From NCBI GenBank assembly GCA_013204185.1, contig JABMOI010000035.1, positions 18,265-82,264 on the forward strand: 64,000 nt of DNA, read 5' to 3'. Position numbers and translations under genes: made by a program. Below the pieces are notes generated by a model. It was not told the DNA's origin. It searched no databases and worked only from the letters and a program-made list of their open reading frames with translations. How positions within the stretch are numbered: the stretch's first letter is position 1; every line of letters starts with the position of its first letter. This document shows, piece by piece, positions 1 to 10,022 of this stretch. The stretch comes from a bacterium (lineage in GTDB: Bacteria > Bacteroidota > Rhodothermia > Rhodothermales > UBA10348).

Positions 1-766
1 CCACTCGCGTGCCCCCAGGAAGCCCGGATGGGATCATCGCATTGAAAAACTGATCTCCCAAAAAGCCTCTCATCAGTGAATCGGAAGCTGGTGAAACGGC
101 TGTACCGGTTCTTAGTCGCTCTAGCAGCGTGGCCAAATCGTGCGAAGTAGCCTGATTGCTCATTCCCAAATCGAAGGCTTTAAGATCCTCTACGCCTCGG
201 ATGGTTTGCATGTGAGTCGTGCCAAGGCGCTCCGACGTGTTCTGAACAGAATCTGCCGAGAGATAATCCATGAGCAGATTCGTTGCCAAATTGCTTGAAA
301 CCGTAATCATGTTGTAGCCCAGCTGCCGGAGCGACATGGGCTGGCCAAGATGTTCGTAGATGGCATCGTCTGAGTCGTCTTCGATGCTAAAAAGAGAGCC
401 ATCCACAATAGAACGGAATTCGTTTTTTAACACAACCTCGTCATCCAGGCTAAAACGTCCCAGTTCCGCTTGCCGAAACAGTTCAATCATGACGGGAATT
501 TTCATCGTGCTAGCGGCGTGATATAGCCGGTCCCCGTCCATGTGGAGTTCTTGGCCGTTGGCTGTATCCAAAATGGAGACGGAAACGGTGGCGCTATCAT
601 AGCTTGCCACGATGGCGCGGATGTCGGTTTCGAGCGAATCCATTGTGTTTTCGTTGGCCGTTTCGTTTGTAGTGCACCCGTTCAAGAGAAAGACGAAGCC
701 GCCAATGAAGAAGAGTGCTCGCACGAGGGAGACAGCTTGGGATCTGAACGTGAAAGTGGTTGTCAT
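1..766 (-). CDS. class A beta-lactamase-related serine hydrolase (C-terminus cut off by the left window edge)
   Basis: Absent from the ORF track because it runs off the edge. My reverse-strand translation from the ATG at ~766 gives MTTTFTFRSQ... It has a lipoprotein-like signal (FLLNGC), an S-x-x-K motif (AASTMKIPVM) and an SDN-like SSN motif. The window ends just before the expected KTG box. Confidence 0.7.
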   Translation of the reverse strand, partial: MTTTFTFRSQAVSLVRALFFIGGFVFLLNGCTTNETANENTMDSLETDIRAIVASYDSATVSVSILDTANGQELHMDGDRLYHAASTMKIPVMIELFRQAELGRFSLDDEVVLKNEFRSIVDGSLFSIEDDSDDAIYEHLGQPMSLRQLGYNMITVSSNLATNLLMDYLSADSVQNTSERLGTTHMQTIRGVEDLKAFDLGMSNQATSHDLATLLERLRTGTAVSPASDSLMRGFLGDQFFNAMIPSGLPGGTRV

Positions 767-815
767 GATTACGTTTGGGTTACAACATGTGGAGCCAAAA
801 GGTGAGCCAAGTGAG

Positions 816-2456
816 CTAGGCGCGGCCAGGAAGCGTGCCAAACGTGGCTTGAGTCTCCGTTTCGAGTGATTTAAGGTACTTCACGAGCGCCAACATAGTT
901 GGTTCTACATCACTATAGGCACATATGCCGACTTTTACCTGATCGAAATCGGCTAGAACAATAGGACTACCCAACGCGACTAGAAAGATCTTAAACCGAG
1001 CGGATACTTCGTGCACAAAGGCCGCTTGGGAAGGAAGTAGACCAAACTTATGCCAAGCAGCAGGCTTGACCACCACGGCAACAATGATGTTGGCAAATCC
1101 TTCTAATTTCTCAAGCAGATCTTCGAGTTCATCGTCTCGGGTGTCCGGCAGAATCTGGAAAAAACCACCGTCAGGAAACGCTCCCATGAACGCTTTTTCA
1201 AGGGGAGCAGCCGTCGGGTCGTTATACGTTGTATGAGGTCTGACCAACACACACGCTGTGCCATATTGCCCCAGTCCCGCCTTGTAGAGAACGAGCTGAT
1301 CCGATTCACCCATCGCAACTTGAATGGACTTCTCTGCCACCTCCATGGCAAAGGCTCGGTGTTCATCGCAGCCAATCACCGAATACGGCTGTGCTAAACT
1401 TGGGTCGATGAATGCTCCTGGTCCAAAGCGGGCGGCAAAACGCGTTTTTAAGCTCCAAACACGTTGAAGAGCGGCATCTATGACCTTAACGTCCAGTTCG
1501 CCACTATTCACGAGTTCAACCAAGTAGTCTACCGTGGTTGGAACGTCTTTAATGTCTAATAAAATGTCTACACCGGCTCTGAGGAGCGTCGCTGCCATTT
1601 CACCAGGGTGTTCGCCTTCATGGTCGGCTCCTGCCATCAACAAGCTATCGCTTATGACCACACCTTTAAATACTAGGTCTTGGCGAAGGAGGTTGGTTAG
1701 GATGGGCTTAGACCGAGTTGCCTCGGCGCCCGTTGGGTCCAAACCAGGATAAGAAACGTGAGCCGTCATCATCAGAGAGACCCCGGCCGACACCGCTTCA
1801 CGAAACGGTATGAGCTCCAACTCCTCTAATTCTAATCGGGAACGCGTTACCACGGGAAGCGCCTCATGGGAATCTACGTCTGTGTCGCCGTGGCCAGGGA
1901 AATGCTTAGCGGTTGTGAACAATCCTTCTGCGCTTGCGCCACGGATGTATGCTTTCAACAAACGAGACACGGTTTGCGGAGTCGATCCGTAAGCCCGAGT
2001 GGAAATGATGGGATTTCGAGGATTTGAATTCACGTCAGCAACTGGAGAAAAGCTCATATGGAGCCCTGCTGCCAGCGCTTCTCGGGCGGCAATTCGCGCC
2101 GACTTTTCCAATAATTTCTCGTCTTCCTTTCCTGTTGCTTGAAAAGCCATGCCATGAGGAAAAACGGTGGCGCCTTTGAGTTGCTGTCCCAGACCTCGTT
2201 CCATATCAGTGCCAATGAGCAACGGATAGGTGGAGCGACTTTGAAGTCTCGTCAATGTTTGCGGTGTGCGAATGCGATCCCCATTGAACAAGCACAGGCC
2301 TCCAATTGGGTAGTCGTCCATCAACGACTCAATACGAGCTGCATCTGCTTCGACCGAGATGGTCGGGCTCATGTTGGATCCCAACCGAGGGAAAATGAGC
2401 TGAGAAATCCGGTCTTTTAGGCTTTTTGGGGGCGCGAGCATGGATTGGGTCGGCAA
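816..2456 (-). CDS. nagZ: glycoside hydrolase family 3 beta-N-acetylhexosaminidase (NagZ-like, long form with extra C-terminal domain)
   Basis: 546-aa ORF. GH3 signature KHFPGHGDTDVDSHEALPVV and the overall GH3 N-terminal domain pattern. Confidence 0.75.
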   Translation of the reverse strand: MPTQSMLAPPKSLKDRISQLIFPRLGSNMSPTISVEADAARIESLMDDYPIGGLCLFNGDRIRTPQTLTRLQSRSTYPLLIGTDMERGLGQQLKGATVFPHGMAFQATGKEDEKLLEKSARIAAREALAAGLHMSFSPVADVNSNPRNPIISTRAYGSTPQTVSRLLKAYIRGASAEGLFTTAKHFPGHGDTDVDSHEALPVVTRSRLELEELELIPFREAVSAGVSLMMTAHVSYPGLDPTGAEATRSKPILTNLLRQDLVFKGVVISDSLLMAGADHEGEHPGEMAATLLRAGVDILLDIKDVPTTVDYLVELVNSGELDVKVIDAALQRVWSLKTRFAARFGPGAFIDPSLAQPYSVIGCDEHRAFAMEVAEKSIQVAMGESDQLVLYKAGLGQYGTACVLVRPHTTYNDPTAAPLEKAFMGAFPDGGFFQILPDTRDDELEDLLEKLEGFANIIVAVVVKPAAWHKFGLLPSQAAFVHEVSARFKIFLVALGSPIVLADFDQVKVGICAYSDVEPTMLALVKYLKSLETETQATFGTLPGRA

Positions 2457-2462
2457 ATGAGT

Positions 2463-3059
2463 TCAAAACTCAAGATACAACCTGTTGGCTTGGATATAGG
2501 TAGCAACCTCAGCCGGAACGAGATGATCTATCGGATTTTTCTTGGAAACGAGCTCCCTGATTTCAGAGCTGCTGCAAAACACAGGTTCGCCGGAAAGTAG
2601 GACGTCGGGCGCGCTTTGATACGTACTCCGTATTGCGGGCTTAACTCCGAGCTGCGACTCCCGGCGGTACACAACAACCTGAGCCAAAGATCTGATCGTT
2701 TCGCTGTCCTTCCATCTAGGTAGTCCGTCATAGCTGTCCTCTCCAATAATGAGGAAGAGCGTCGCCAATTTGAACTCAGATGCGAGGCTCAACAGTGTAT
2801 CTACTGTATACGAAGGCCCAGGCCGATTGACATCTCTGAGGTCGAGATGAAAGCGGGGGTCCATTTCTACCAGGAAGTTGACCATCGCAATTCGGTGGGC
2901 CGCGTCTTCGACCTGGCCTTCTACCTTGAAAGGAGACTGAAGTGCGGGTATCCACAAAACCCTATCTAGACCAAGCTGATCTGCCGCCTGACGCGCCACT
3001 TGAAGATGGCCAACGTGAGGCGGATCAAAGGACCCTCCAAATACGCCTATTCGGCTCAT
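2463..3059 (-). CDS. nadD: nicotinate-nucleotide adenylyltransferase
   Basis: 198 aa. N-terminal [15 protein letters not shown] (HxGH nucleotidyltransferase motif). Size is typical of NadD. Confidence 0.9.
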   Translation of the reverse strand: MSRIGVFGGSFDPPHVGHLQVARQAADQLGLDRVLWIPALQSPFKVEGQVEDAAHRIAMVNFLVEMDPRFHLDLRDVNRPGPSYTVDTLLSLASEFKLATLFLIIGEDSYDGLPRWKDSETIRSLAQVVVYRRESQLGVKPAIRSTYQSAPDVLLSGEPVFCSSSEIRELVSKKNPIDHLVPAEVATYIQANRLYLEF

Positions 3060-3877
3060 GGTCGCGACATTTCGCTCGAAGGATCCATCATTGCTTGAAC
3101 TTGCAAATACACTTCTTCCGCTTCTTTTAGAAGGGGGCTGTCTGGGAAAATCTGCATCAAGCGATCATAGTTGGCTTCGGCCAATCGAAGGCGTTCTTGC
3201 TGTTTCCCGGGTACGCTTAAACGGGCGTAGTCGTAGTACGATTTGAGAGCACCAAGGAGGGCATCGTCGGCCAAGTCTGTGTCGTAATACCGGTCAAAAA
3301 CAGCTTCATATGAGACGGCTGCAGCGCCATAAAATTCTCGTCGTGCATACAATTCCGCTGTGTTGAACTGCTTTTTGGCCAATTTGCCTCGTAATTCAAC
3401 GATTCGTACCCCGGCCTCTTCTACCAGTGGGTGGTCAGTATACCGAGTCATGAACAGCTGAAATTGAACAATAGCACGTTCAGTGTCCGTTTGATCGAGT
3501 CTGAAAACGGGCGACCTGTCGTAGTAGGTCATGGCCAATTCATACTCTGCGTCCGGTACGCGTGGATCTGACCGATAGATTTGAGTGAACCGAGTGAACT
3601 CGTTCGCTGCCAGCAGTAATTCTTTGTTGCCTCGATAAGCTTTTGCTAGATACAATTGGGCATCTGCCGCCCACTGATGCGTTCTACCAAAATCGAAGGT
3701 GCCTTGAAGTAATTCAATGGCCTTTTGGTAGTTGCCCTCGTCGAAAAATGCTTTTCCTTTTTCAAAGGCTTCCTTAGGCGATTCATACCTCACTCGTCCC
3801 GAGCCAGCGCAACCTGCCCACAAAACGGCAAGGAGCATGAAGAGTAATACAGGTGACTTGGTCAAATTCCGGAACAT
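3056..3877 (-). CDS. bamD: outer membrane protein assembly factor BamD (TPR lipoprotein)
   Basis: 273 aa. Lipobox LWAGC. TPR-like helices with a BamD/YfiO-type pattern ([28 protein letters not shown]...[11 protein letters not shown]). 4-nt overlap with nadD. Confidence 0.8.
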   Translation of the reverse strand: MFRNLTKSPVLLFMLLAVLWAGCAGSGRVRYESPKEAFEKGKAFFDEGNYQKAIELLQGTFDFGRTHQWAADAQLYLAKAYRGNKELLLAANEFTRFTQIYRSDPRVPDAEYELAMTYYDRSPVFRLDQTDTERAIVQFQLFMTRYTDHPLVEEAGVRIVELRGKLAKKQFNTAELYARREFYGAAAVSYEAVFDRYYDTDLADDALLGALKSYYDYARLSVPGKQQERLRLAEANYDRLMQIFPDSPLLKEAEEVYLQVQAMMDPSSEMSRP

Positions 3878-4050
3878 GGTAAATAGAAGTAAAATTTCAA
3901 CTGACCGAGAGGATTTACGACTCGAGTTCAGTTTTAACGGTTGAAAACTAAGATTCGTATAACCGCTTGAGACTAAAAACGCCGTTCGAATAAGGTCGTC
4001 CGGCGCAGCAATCTAGTACGAATCCATATAAACGCAGTTCCAAATACCGT

Positions 4051-5484
4051 TTACCGGATTAGGGCTAACAAGTTGTCGCGGTAGCGGAGGTAAAAAAGTG
4101 CCTGATTTACATTAGACCCTTCAAAATGAATGCGAAGGCCGAGGCCTTGGAATGGCTCTCTAGTGAGGAGTGATTGAGCTAAGCTCTGCTCCTCAATCCC
4201 GCCCAACGTGTCAAGTAAGAAGGAAGTAACGTCATACCCGGTTACACCGAGCCGATCCGGTTCATTGGCCGCAAGCGCTCGGTAGGATCTTGCAAACTGC
4301 AGGTAACTCTCGGATGCTGGGTCAAACCAAAACTCATCGCCATAGGTGGTCAAATAGGTAGAAGCGTGAGCCTTTTGGGGTAAATCCTGCCACCCTTCAT
4401 TTCCAATAACCCGAATCCGAGGGTTCATACGATCCAAATTCGATAGAATCCCACCTACCGTGGCAACGGGATTTCGAGACGCCAGCGGAATGTAAACAGC
4501 GTTTACTTGGTTTAAGGTGTCCGCCGGGAGGGCCTCCGATAAATTGAACAGTGACCCTTCGTTTGGAAGGACACTCACCATACTAATGGTTGCTCCCAAC
4601 CTGGAAGCTTCCTCTAGAAAACCATCGGCTTGGCGCTCAGATATTTTGCGATCGTCCACTGCTAAAATGACGGCAATGGAATCGAGACGAAGCCCCAAAA
4701 CGGCAAAACGGGCCATGGCAGCCCCTCGGACCCGCATACTCGGATTTGCCTGAAATGTGTATGTTTTCCCGTTAACGAGATGATCGTCGGTGGCCAGTGG
4801 CGCTATGAAAACGGTTTTAGACCGTTCCGCTTCTTCAGCCGCCGCAAGCGCCTCTTCGCTAAAAAGCGTACCAATTACAGCTGATACACCCAAAGCTGAT
4901 AGCTCTCGCATGGCACGACGTGTTGCTGCTGCACCCCCATCGATGTCCCTAAAAACCATCCGAACGGGCCGGTTGCGAGAATCAGCGTTGTGCCTATCGA
5001 CTGCTAAGCGAATTCCATTGAACATACCCTGTGTCTGGGCGCTTTCTCTGGTATTCAATGAGAGAATAATGCCCAAGTTCAGCGCATCTTCAGTCCGGTA
5101 TTTGTTGGCTTCGAGAGCCATTGCGTCCAGCAGTCTTGCTTCTTCTAGAAAGCCGCTGGAGGGATACTTGGAAGCAAAGCCATTCAAATAGGTTCTAGCG
5201 CGTTCAAACTCGTCCCGCCGATAGGCCGACTTTGCAGCCAACAAGATCGCGGTCGTGGTGGCTTGATTGGTTGGGAAGTCGCTTAGCAAGCGATCGAAAG
5301 TGGCACCCGAATCCGTGTAGTTTCCATTTTCAAATTGTTGAAGCCCAACGTCCAACAACGATTCTGCTTCCAAAATGCTGGGAATCACATATTGAAACCG
5401 CGCAGAGGCAGGCAACAGGGCTACCGTGGCCCAGATCAGCAAAGAAAACACGTTCGATATGGTAAATCGAATGCTCACTCCCAT
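4051..5484 (-). CDS. TPR + type-1 periplasmic-binding-fold protein (LpoA/LivK-like, possible penicillin-binding-protein activator)
   Basis: 477 aa. N-terminal hydrophobic anchor, then TPR-like segment ([17 protein letters not shown]...[12 protein letters not shown]), then a PBP1-like alpha/beta region ([15 protein letters not shown]...). The family-level call is by eye only. Confidence 0.5.
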   Translation of the reverse strand: MGVSIRFTISNVFSLLIWATVALLPASARFQYVIPSILEAESLLDVGLQQFENGNYTDSGATFDRLLSDFPTNQATTTAILLAAKSAYRRDEFERARTYLNGFASKYPSSGFLEEARLLDAMALEANKYRTEDALNLGIILSLNTRESAQTQGMFNGIRLAVDRHNADSRNRPVRMVFRDIDGGAAATRRAMRELSALGVSAVIGTLFSEEALAAAEEAERSKTVFIAPLATDDHLVNGKTYTFQANPSMRVRGAAMARFAVLGLRLDSIAVILAVDDRKISERQADGFLEEASRLGATISMVSVLPNEGSLFNLSEALPADTLNQVNAVYIPLASRNPVATVGGILSNLDRMNPRIRVIGNEGWQDLPQKAHASTYLTTYGDEFWFDPASESYLQFARSYRALAANEPDRLGVTGYDVTSFLLDTLGGIEEQSLAQSLLTREPFQGLGLRIHFEGSNVNQALFYLRYRDNLLALIR

Positions 5485-7043
5485 TCAATCGTTGCCGGTG
5501 GTTTTGAACTAATGTCGTACACCGTGCGGTTTATCCCCCTGATTTCGTTCACGATCCGATTCGATACGTGAGCCAAGAAGTCAAAGGGTAGGCGAGACCA
5601 ATCTGCTGTCATTCCATCCACGCTAGAGACTGCTCTGAGCGCACAGACCTTTTCATAGGTCCTTTCATCACCCATAACTCCGACTGTTTGAACGGGCAAA
5701 AGAACGGCAAACGCTTGCCACACTTCGTCATACAAACCGAAGTTGTGTAGTTCAGTGATGAAAATCTCGTCGGCTTCGCGGAGCAGGTCCAAATCTTGCT
5801 TGGCAACGGGGCCAATAATGCGAATTCCGAGTCCTGGGCCTGGGAAAGGGTGCCTTCCGACAATGCTTTCGGGAACGTTCAGAAGGCGACCAATGGCCCT
5901 GACTTCATCCTTAAAAAGCTCGCGGAACGGCTCAATAATTTTCAATTCCATTTCTGCTGGCAAACCGCCCACGTTGTGGTGGGTCTTAATGGTTGCCGAA
6001 GGGCCCTTAAATGAAACGCTCTCGATTACGTCAGGATACAGCGTTCCCTGCGCCAAATAGGCCGGTTTCATGCCTAACTCAGCAATAATGTCTTTTTTGC
6101 CTTCTTCAAAAACTTCAACGAACGCATTTCCAATAATGACGCGTTTGCGTTCAGGGTCAGAGATGCCTTCGAGCCTGCTTAAAAAGAGGTCACTGGCGTC
6201 AATTGCCTTGAGGCGGATGTGATAATGGTCCCGAAAGGTTTCTTGAACCTGCTCCCATTCGCCTTTTCGTAGCAACCCGTTGTTTACAAAAATACAGGTT
6301 AGCTGATCGCCGATGGCCTCATGAAGCAAAACGGCAGCAACGGAGGAGTCGACTCCGCCGGACAGGCCTAGTATTACGTGCTCTTCGCCCACCTGCGCCT
6401 TGATCTCTGCTTTTTTCTCCTCGATAAACGAGGCAGCAGACCAGTCTCCGTCGCATTCGCATATACGGAGAGCAAAATTTTCCAGTATGAGCTTCCCGTT
6501 CTCAGAATGATGAACTTCAGGGTGAAACTGAACGCCGTAGTGGGGTTCTTTAGTAGAACGAACCGCCGCAATCGGGGCGTTGGATGTATGAGCAATAATC
6601 TCATATCCATCTGGGAGCTTGGTTAAGTGATCTCCATGGCTCATCCAAATGTTGGAGCCTTCGGGGACGTCCTTGAACAGCAAACTATCTGAATCGACTC
6701 GAATAGCCGCCCGGCCAAACTCTCGTTTGGCGGCTGGTTGAACTTCTCCGCCAAGTGCGTGCGCCATGGCTTGAAGGCCGTAGCAAACCCCTAAAACAGG
6801 CACAGGGGAGTGGTCAGCACGCTTAAGATGCAACAACTCAGGATTCAGTTGAGGCGCACCTTCGTCATAGACCGAGGACGGACCTCCAGAAAGGATCAAT
6901 CCGTGAGGCTCGAGGGCCTTAACGTCTTCCATGGACGCCGTGCACGGAAGTATTTCTGAGTAAACTCCAGCCTCCCGAACTCGTCTCGCGATCAATTGTG
7001 TGAACTGAGAACCGAAGTCCAGAATGACAATGCGTTGATGCAT
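5475..7043 (-). CDS. guaA: GMP synthase (glutamine-hydrolysing)
   Basis: 522 aa. GATase motif [11 protein letters not shown]-loop [12 protein letters not shown]-terminal dimerisation end ...PPATIEWE. Confidence 0.97.
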   Translation of the reverse strand: MHQRIVILDFGSQFTQLIARRVREAGVYSEILPCTASMEDVKALEPHGLILSGGPSSVYDEGAPQLNPELLHLKRADHSPVPVLGVCYGLQAMAHALGGEVQPAAKREFGRAAIRVDSDSLLFKDVPEGSNIWMSHGDHLTKLPDGYEIIAHTSNAPIAAVRSTKEPHYGVQFHPEVHHSENGKLILENFALRICECDGDWSAASFIEEKKAEIKAQVGEEHVILGLSGGVDSSVAAVLLHEAIGDQLTCIFVNNGLLRKGEWEQVQETFRDHYHIRLKAIDASDLFLSRLEGISDPERKRVIIGNAFVEVFEEGKKDIIAELGMKPAYLAQGTLYPDVIESVSFKGPSATIKTHHNVGGLPAEMELKIIEPFRELFKDEVRAIGRLLNVPESIVGRHPFPGPGLGIRIIGPVAKQDLDLLREADEIFITELHNFGLYDEVWQAFAVLLPVQTVGVMGDERTYEKVCALRAVSSVDGMTADWSRLPFDFLAHVSNRIVNEIRGINRTVYDISSKPPATIEWE

Positions 7044-7054
7044 GAAATACCTAT

Positions 7055-7435
7055 CTACTGTCCAACCATTTCGGCGTATTCCGCAGCCGAAAGCAATGAA
7101 TCACATTCAGAAGGGTCGCTTAGAGTAATTTTAACCAGCCATCCGTCGCCATAGGGGTCGTCGTTTACTGATTCTGGATTGTCTTCCAATCCGGGATTTA
7201 CTTCTGTCACGGTACCACTGACTGGCATAAACAAGTCAGAAACGGTCTTAACTGCTTCAACTGATCCGAAAACGTCGTCTTTTGGAACGTCAGTATCAAG
7301 CGAATCAATGTCTACATAGACAATGTCACCGAGTTCAGACTGAGCAAAATCGGTGACGCCAATGGTTCCTTGGTCTCCGTCAACGCGAAGCCACTCGTGA
7401 TCCTTAGTATAAAATAGTCCCTCAGGAAAGTTCAT
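7055..7435 (-). CDS. gcvH: glycine cleavage system H protein (lipoyl carrier)
   Basis: 126 aa. [10 protein letters not shown] start region and lipoyl-lysine motif [10 protein letters not shown]. 14-nt overlap with accC. Confidence 0.93.
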   Translation of the reverse strand: MNFPEGLFYTKDHEWLRVDGDQGTIGVTDFAQSELGDIVYVDIDSLDTDVPKDDVFGSVEAVKTVSDLFMPVSGTVTEVNPGLEDNPESVNDDPYGDGWLVKITLSDPSECDSLLSAAEYAEMVGQ

Positions 7436-8780
7436 CGTTTTCTTCTACAAGGGTGAATGTTTCTAGGAAGCGTGTGTCGAAGTTTCCGCTGCGGAAATTT
7501 TCGTCCATTAACAACTGCCTGTGAAACGGAATCGTGGTTTTAACGCCTTCAATTACAAACTCATTCAATGCGCGAAGCATTTTTTGAATGGCAAGATCTC
7601 GAGTTCGAGCTCTTACAATTAGTTTGGCAATCATGGAGTCGTAATAAGGGGGGATCGTGTAGCCAGCGTATACGTGGGTGTCTACTCGAACGCCGTGTCC
7701 TCCTGGAGGATGAAATGTCTTAATCAGTCCGGGAGAAGGCGAAAAATTGTTGAACGGATTTTCGGCGTTGATTCGGCACTCAATCGCATGTCCTTCCAAC
7801 CTGATTTCTCGCTCAATAATGCCCTCGCCTTGGGCCACACGAATCTGATACTCGATTAAATCGCAATCCGCTACTTCTTCGGTGACGGGGTGTTCGACCT
7901 GGATACGGGTATTCATTTCCATGAAATAGAAATCCCCTTGATCGTCTACCAAGAACTCGACGGTAGCTGCTCCTTCGTAATTGACCGCCTTTGCGCCTTT
8001 GATGGCGGCATCGCCCATCTTTTTACGCAATTCGGGAGTCATAATGGGGGATGGGGACTCCTCGAGCAGCTTCTGGTGCCTTCTCTGGATGGAGCATTCG
8101 CGCTCACCAAAGTGAATTACGTTTCCTTTTCCATCTCCTAGGATTTGGATTTCAATATGCCGAGGGCCGGATACAAATTTCTCTACGTAGCACTCGCCGT
8201 TTCCAAAGGCGGCCTGAGCCTCATTGCTTGCAGCGGCAAATAGCTTGGCAAAGTCCTCAGGCTTTGCACACATGCGCATTCCGCGGCCGCCGCCACCGGC
8301 ACTCGCTTTTATAATAACGGGATAGCCTATTTCTGCGGCAATCTTAGCGCCGGTTATGGCATCTTTGACGACTCCATCCGAGCCAGGTACGACGGGAACG
8401 CCTGCCGCCGCCATCGTATCTTTTGCCCTGCTTTTGTCGCCCATCATCCGAATAATTTCGGGAGACGGACCAATAAACTTAACGTTGTTGTCTTGGCAAA
8501 TGGCGGAAAAATCTGCGTTTTCGGCCAGGAAACCATATCCAGGATGAATGGCATCGGCACCCGTCACTTCGGCTGCGGCCATGATGCGTTCGGCGCGTAG
8601 ATAGGAGTCCTTTCCGGCTGGTCCCCCGATACAAACAGCTTCGTCTGCAAAGCGGACATGTAACGAGTCACGATCTGCGGTGGAGAAAACGGCAACCGTT
8701 TTCAGGCCCATTTCGTGACACGTCCGAATGATACGAAGTGCGATTTCGCCTCGGTTGGCAATGAGAACTTTTTTAATCAC
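7422..8780 (-). CDS. accC: acetyl-CoA carboxylase biotin carboxylase subunit
   Basis: 452 aa. [17 protein letters not shown]-terminus, ATP-grasp motifs ([22 protein letters not shown]). Confidence 0.97.
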   Translation of the reverse strand: MIKKVLIANRGEIALRIIRTCHEMGLKTVAVFSTADRDSLHVRFADEAVCIGGPAGKDSYLRAERIMAAAEVTGADAIHPGYGFLAENADFSAICQDNNVKFIGPSPEIIRMMGDKSRAKDTMAAAGVPVVPGSDGVVKDAITGAKIAAEIGYPVIIKASAGGGGRGMRMCAKPEDFAKLFAAASNEAQAAFGNGECYVEKFVSGPRHIEIQILGDGKGNVIHFGERECSIQRRHQKLLEESPSPIMTPELRKKMGDAAIKGAKAVNYEGAATVEFLVDDQGDFYFMEMNTRIQVEHPVTEEVADCDLIEYQIRVAQGEGIIEREIRLEGHAIECRINAENPFNNFSPSPGLIKTFHPPGGHGVRVDTHVYAGYTIPPYYDSMIAKLIVRARTRDLAIQKMLRALNEFVIEGVKTTIPFHRQLLMDENFRSGNFDTRFLETFTLVEENDELS

Positions 8781-8802
8781 GAAATCGAGCGTTTAGTCTA
8801 AA

Positions 8803-9252
8803 TCAATTAGGGTCGACAACGAACAGCGGTTGATCGTACTCGACGGCCGTTCCATTATCTACTATGATTTGTACAATCGTTCCTGAAACCTCACTTTCAA
8901 TTTCATTCATGAGCTTCATGGCTTCGATAATACAAAGGACGTCTCCGACCTTCACCTTGTCTCCGACCTTCACAAAATCGGGAGCGTCGGGAGAAGAGGC
9001 CGAGTAAAACGTACCTACAATGGGCGCTCTGACTTGCTTCCCAGCGGGCGCGGCTGGGGCAGGTTCGCTGACAGCCGGAGCCTGTGGAGCAGCTACCATA
9101 TGCGGAGCCGCATAGGTCACTTGTTGCGGCATGGCCTGCACAGGCGCATGTTTCCGGACAACGACCCGGAGATTCTCTTCCTCAATTTCGACTTCAGATA
9201 TATCGCACTGGGCTACCAGTTCGAGTATCTCTCTCAAATGATCGAGATCCAT
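8803..9252 (-). CDS. accB: biotin carboxyl carrier protein
   Basis: 149 aa. Ala/Pro-rich linker and biotinyl-lysine motif [10 protein letters not shown]. Confidence 0.93.
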   Translation of the reverse strand: MDLDHLREILELVAQCDISEVEIEEENLRVVVRKHAPVQAMPQQVTYAAPHMVAAPQAPAVSEPAPAAPAGKQVRAPIVGTFYSASSPDAPDFVKVGDKVKVGDVLCIIEAMKLMNEIESEVSGTIVQIIVDNGTAVEYDQPLFVVDPN

Positions 9253-9290
9253 GTGTTTTCCTCTCGTCCCTTAGGGATGTTTTAGTCCAA

Positions 9291-9860
9291 TCAGGCTGCA
9301 GTCACGCGAGTAATATAGTCTCCACGCTCGGTGTTCACCTTAATAATGTCACCTTCGTTAATAAACAAGGGGACGTATACCGTGGCTCCGCTTTCCACAA
9401 CAGCCGGTTTGGTTGCTCCAGTTGCCGTATCGCCCTTCAGTCCTGGGTCACATTGAGTGACTTTCAACTCAACGGTGGTTGGGATTTCGGTGGCTAATGC
9501 TTTATCCGTGTCAGCATGCATAATAATGTCGATTGTCGCGCCTTCTTTGATGAATTCACGACCTTCAACTGCATCGACTGGCAAGGAGGTTTGCTCGTAC
9601 GTTTCTGTATTCATGAAGTGCAACCCTAGGTCGTCCTCATACAAAAACTGGTGAGTTCTACGTTCAACGCGAACTTGTTCTACTTTTTCACCTGCACGAA
9701 ATGTGTTATCAACAGTTTTTCCGTTGCTTACATTTTTTAGTTTCGTGCGGACAAATGCTCCGCCCTTGCCTGGTTTTACATGCTGAAAATCAATAATGGT
9801 CCAAATTCCATTATTCCATTCCATGGTAAAACCGTTGCGGAATTCACTTGTGTCGGCCAT
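9291..9860 (-). CDS. efp: elongation factor P
   Basis: The track ORF is 215 aa (to 9938). An EF-P-length protein starts at the internal Met (MADTSEFRNG...) at ~9860. KPGKGGAFVRTKLKN loop. The efp-accB-accC order is a common conserved arrangement. Confidence 0.93.
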   Translation of the reverse strand: MADTSEFRNGFTMEWNNGIWTIIDFQHVKPGKGGAFVRTKLKNVSNGKTVDNTFRAGEKVEQVRVERRTHQFLYEDDLGLHFMNTETYEQTSLPVDAVEGREFIKEGATIDIIMHADTDKALATEIPTTVELKVTQCDPGLKGDTATGATKPAVVESGATVYVPLFINEGDIIKVNTERGDYITRVTAA

Positions 9861-10022
9861 CAGGCTACACCGATAGGTTAACTGTGTATAATTTTGTTCA
9901 GATCGGAAAATATAGCGTTTTTCAGCTATCTGAGTCAATTTGAAGTTCGCGAAGATCGTGGGGAATGAAATTGAAGCCCTTGTTCATCAGTTATCAAGCT
10001 GAGGTTCGCCCTAATGAGGTCT

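Noticed and set aside
542-869. Plus-strand track ORFs of 87 and 85 aa
   Set aside because: They lie antisense to a much better minus-strand reading frame (the beta-lactamase-like protein with an STMK motif). They have no recognisable motifs and are shadow ORFs.
7422-9252. gcvH sitting beside accB/accC (lipoyl and biotinyl carriers of related fold) as a functional module
   Set aside because: Stand-alone gcvH genes in unrelated contexts are common. The 14-nt overlap only suggests translational coupling, and I see no sequence evidence for anything beyond operon packing.
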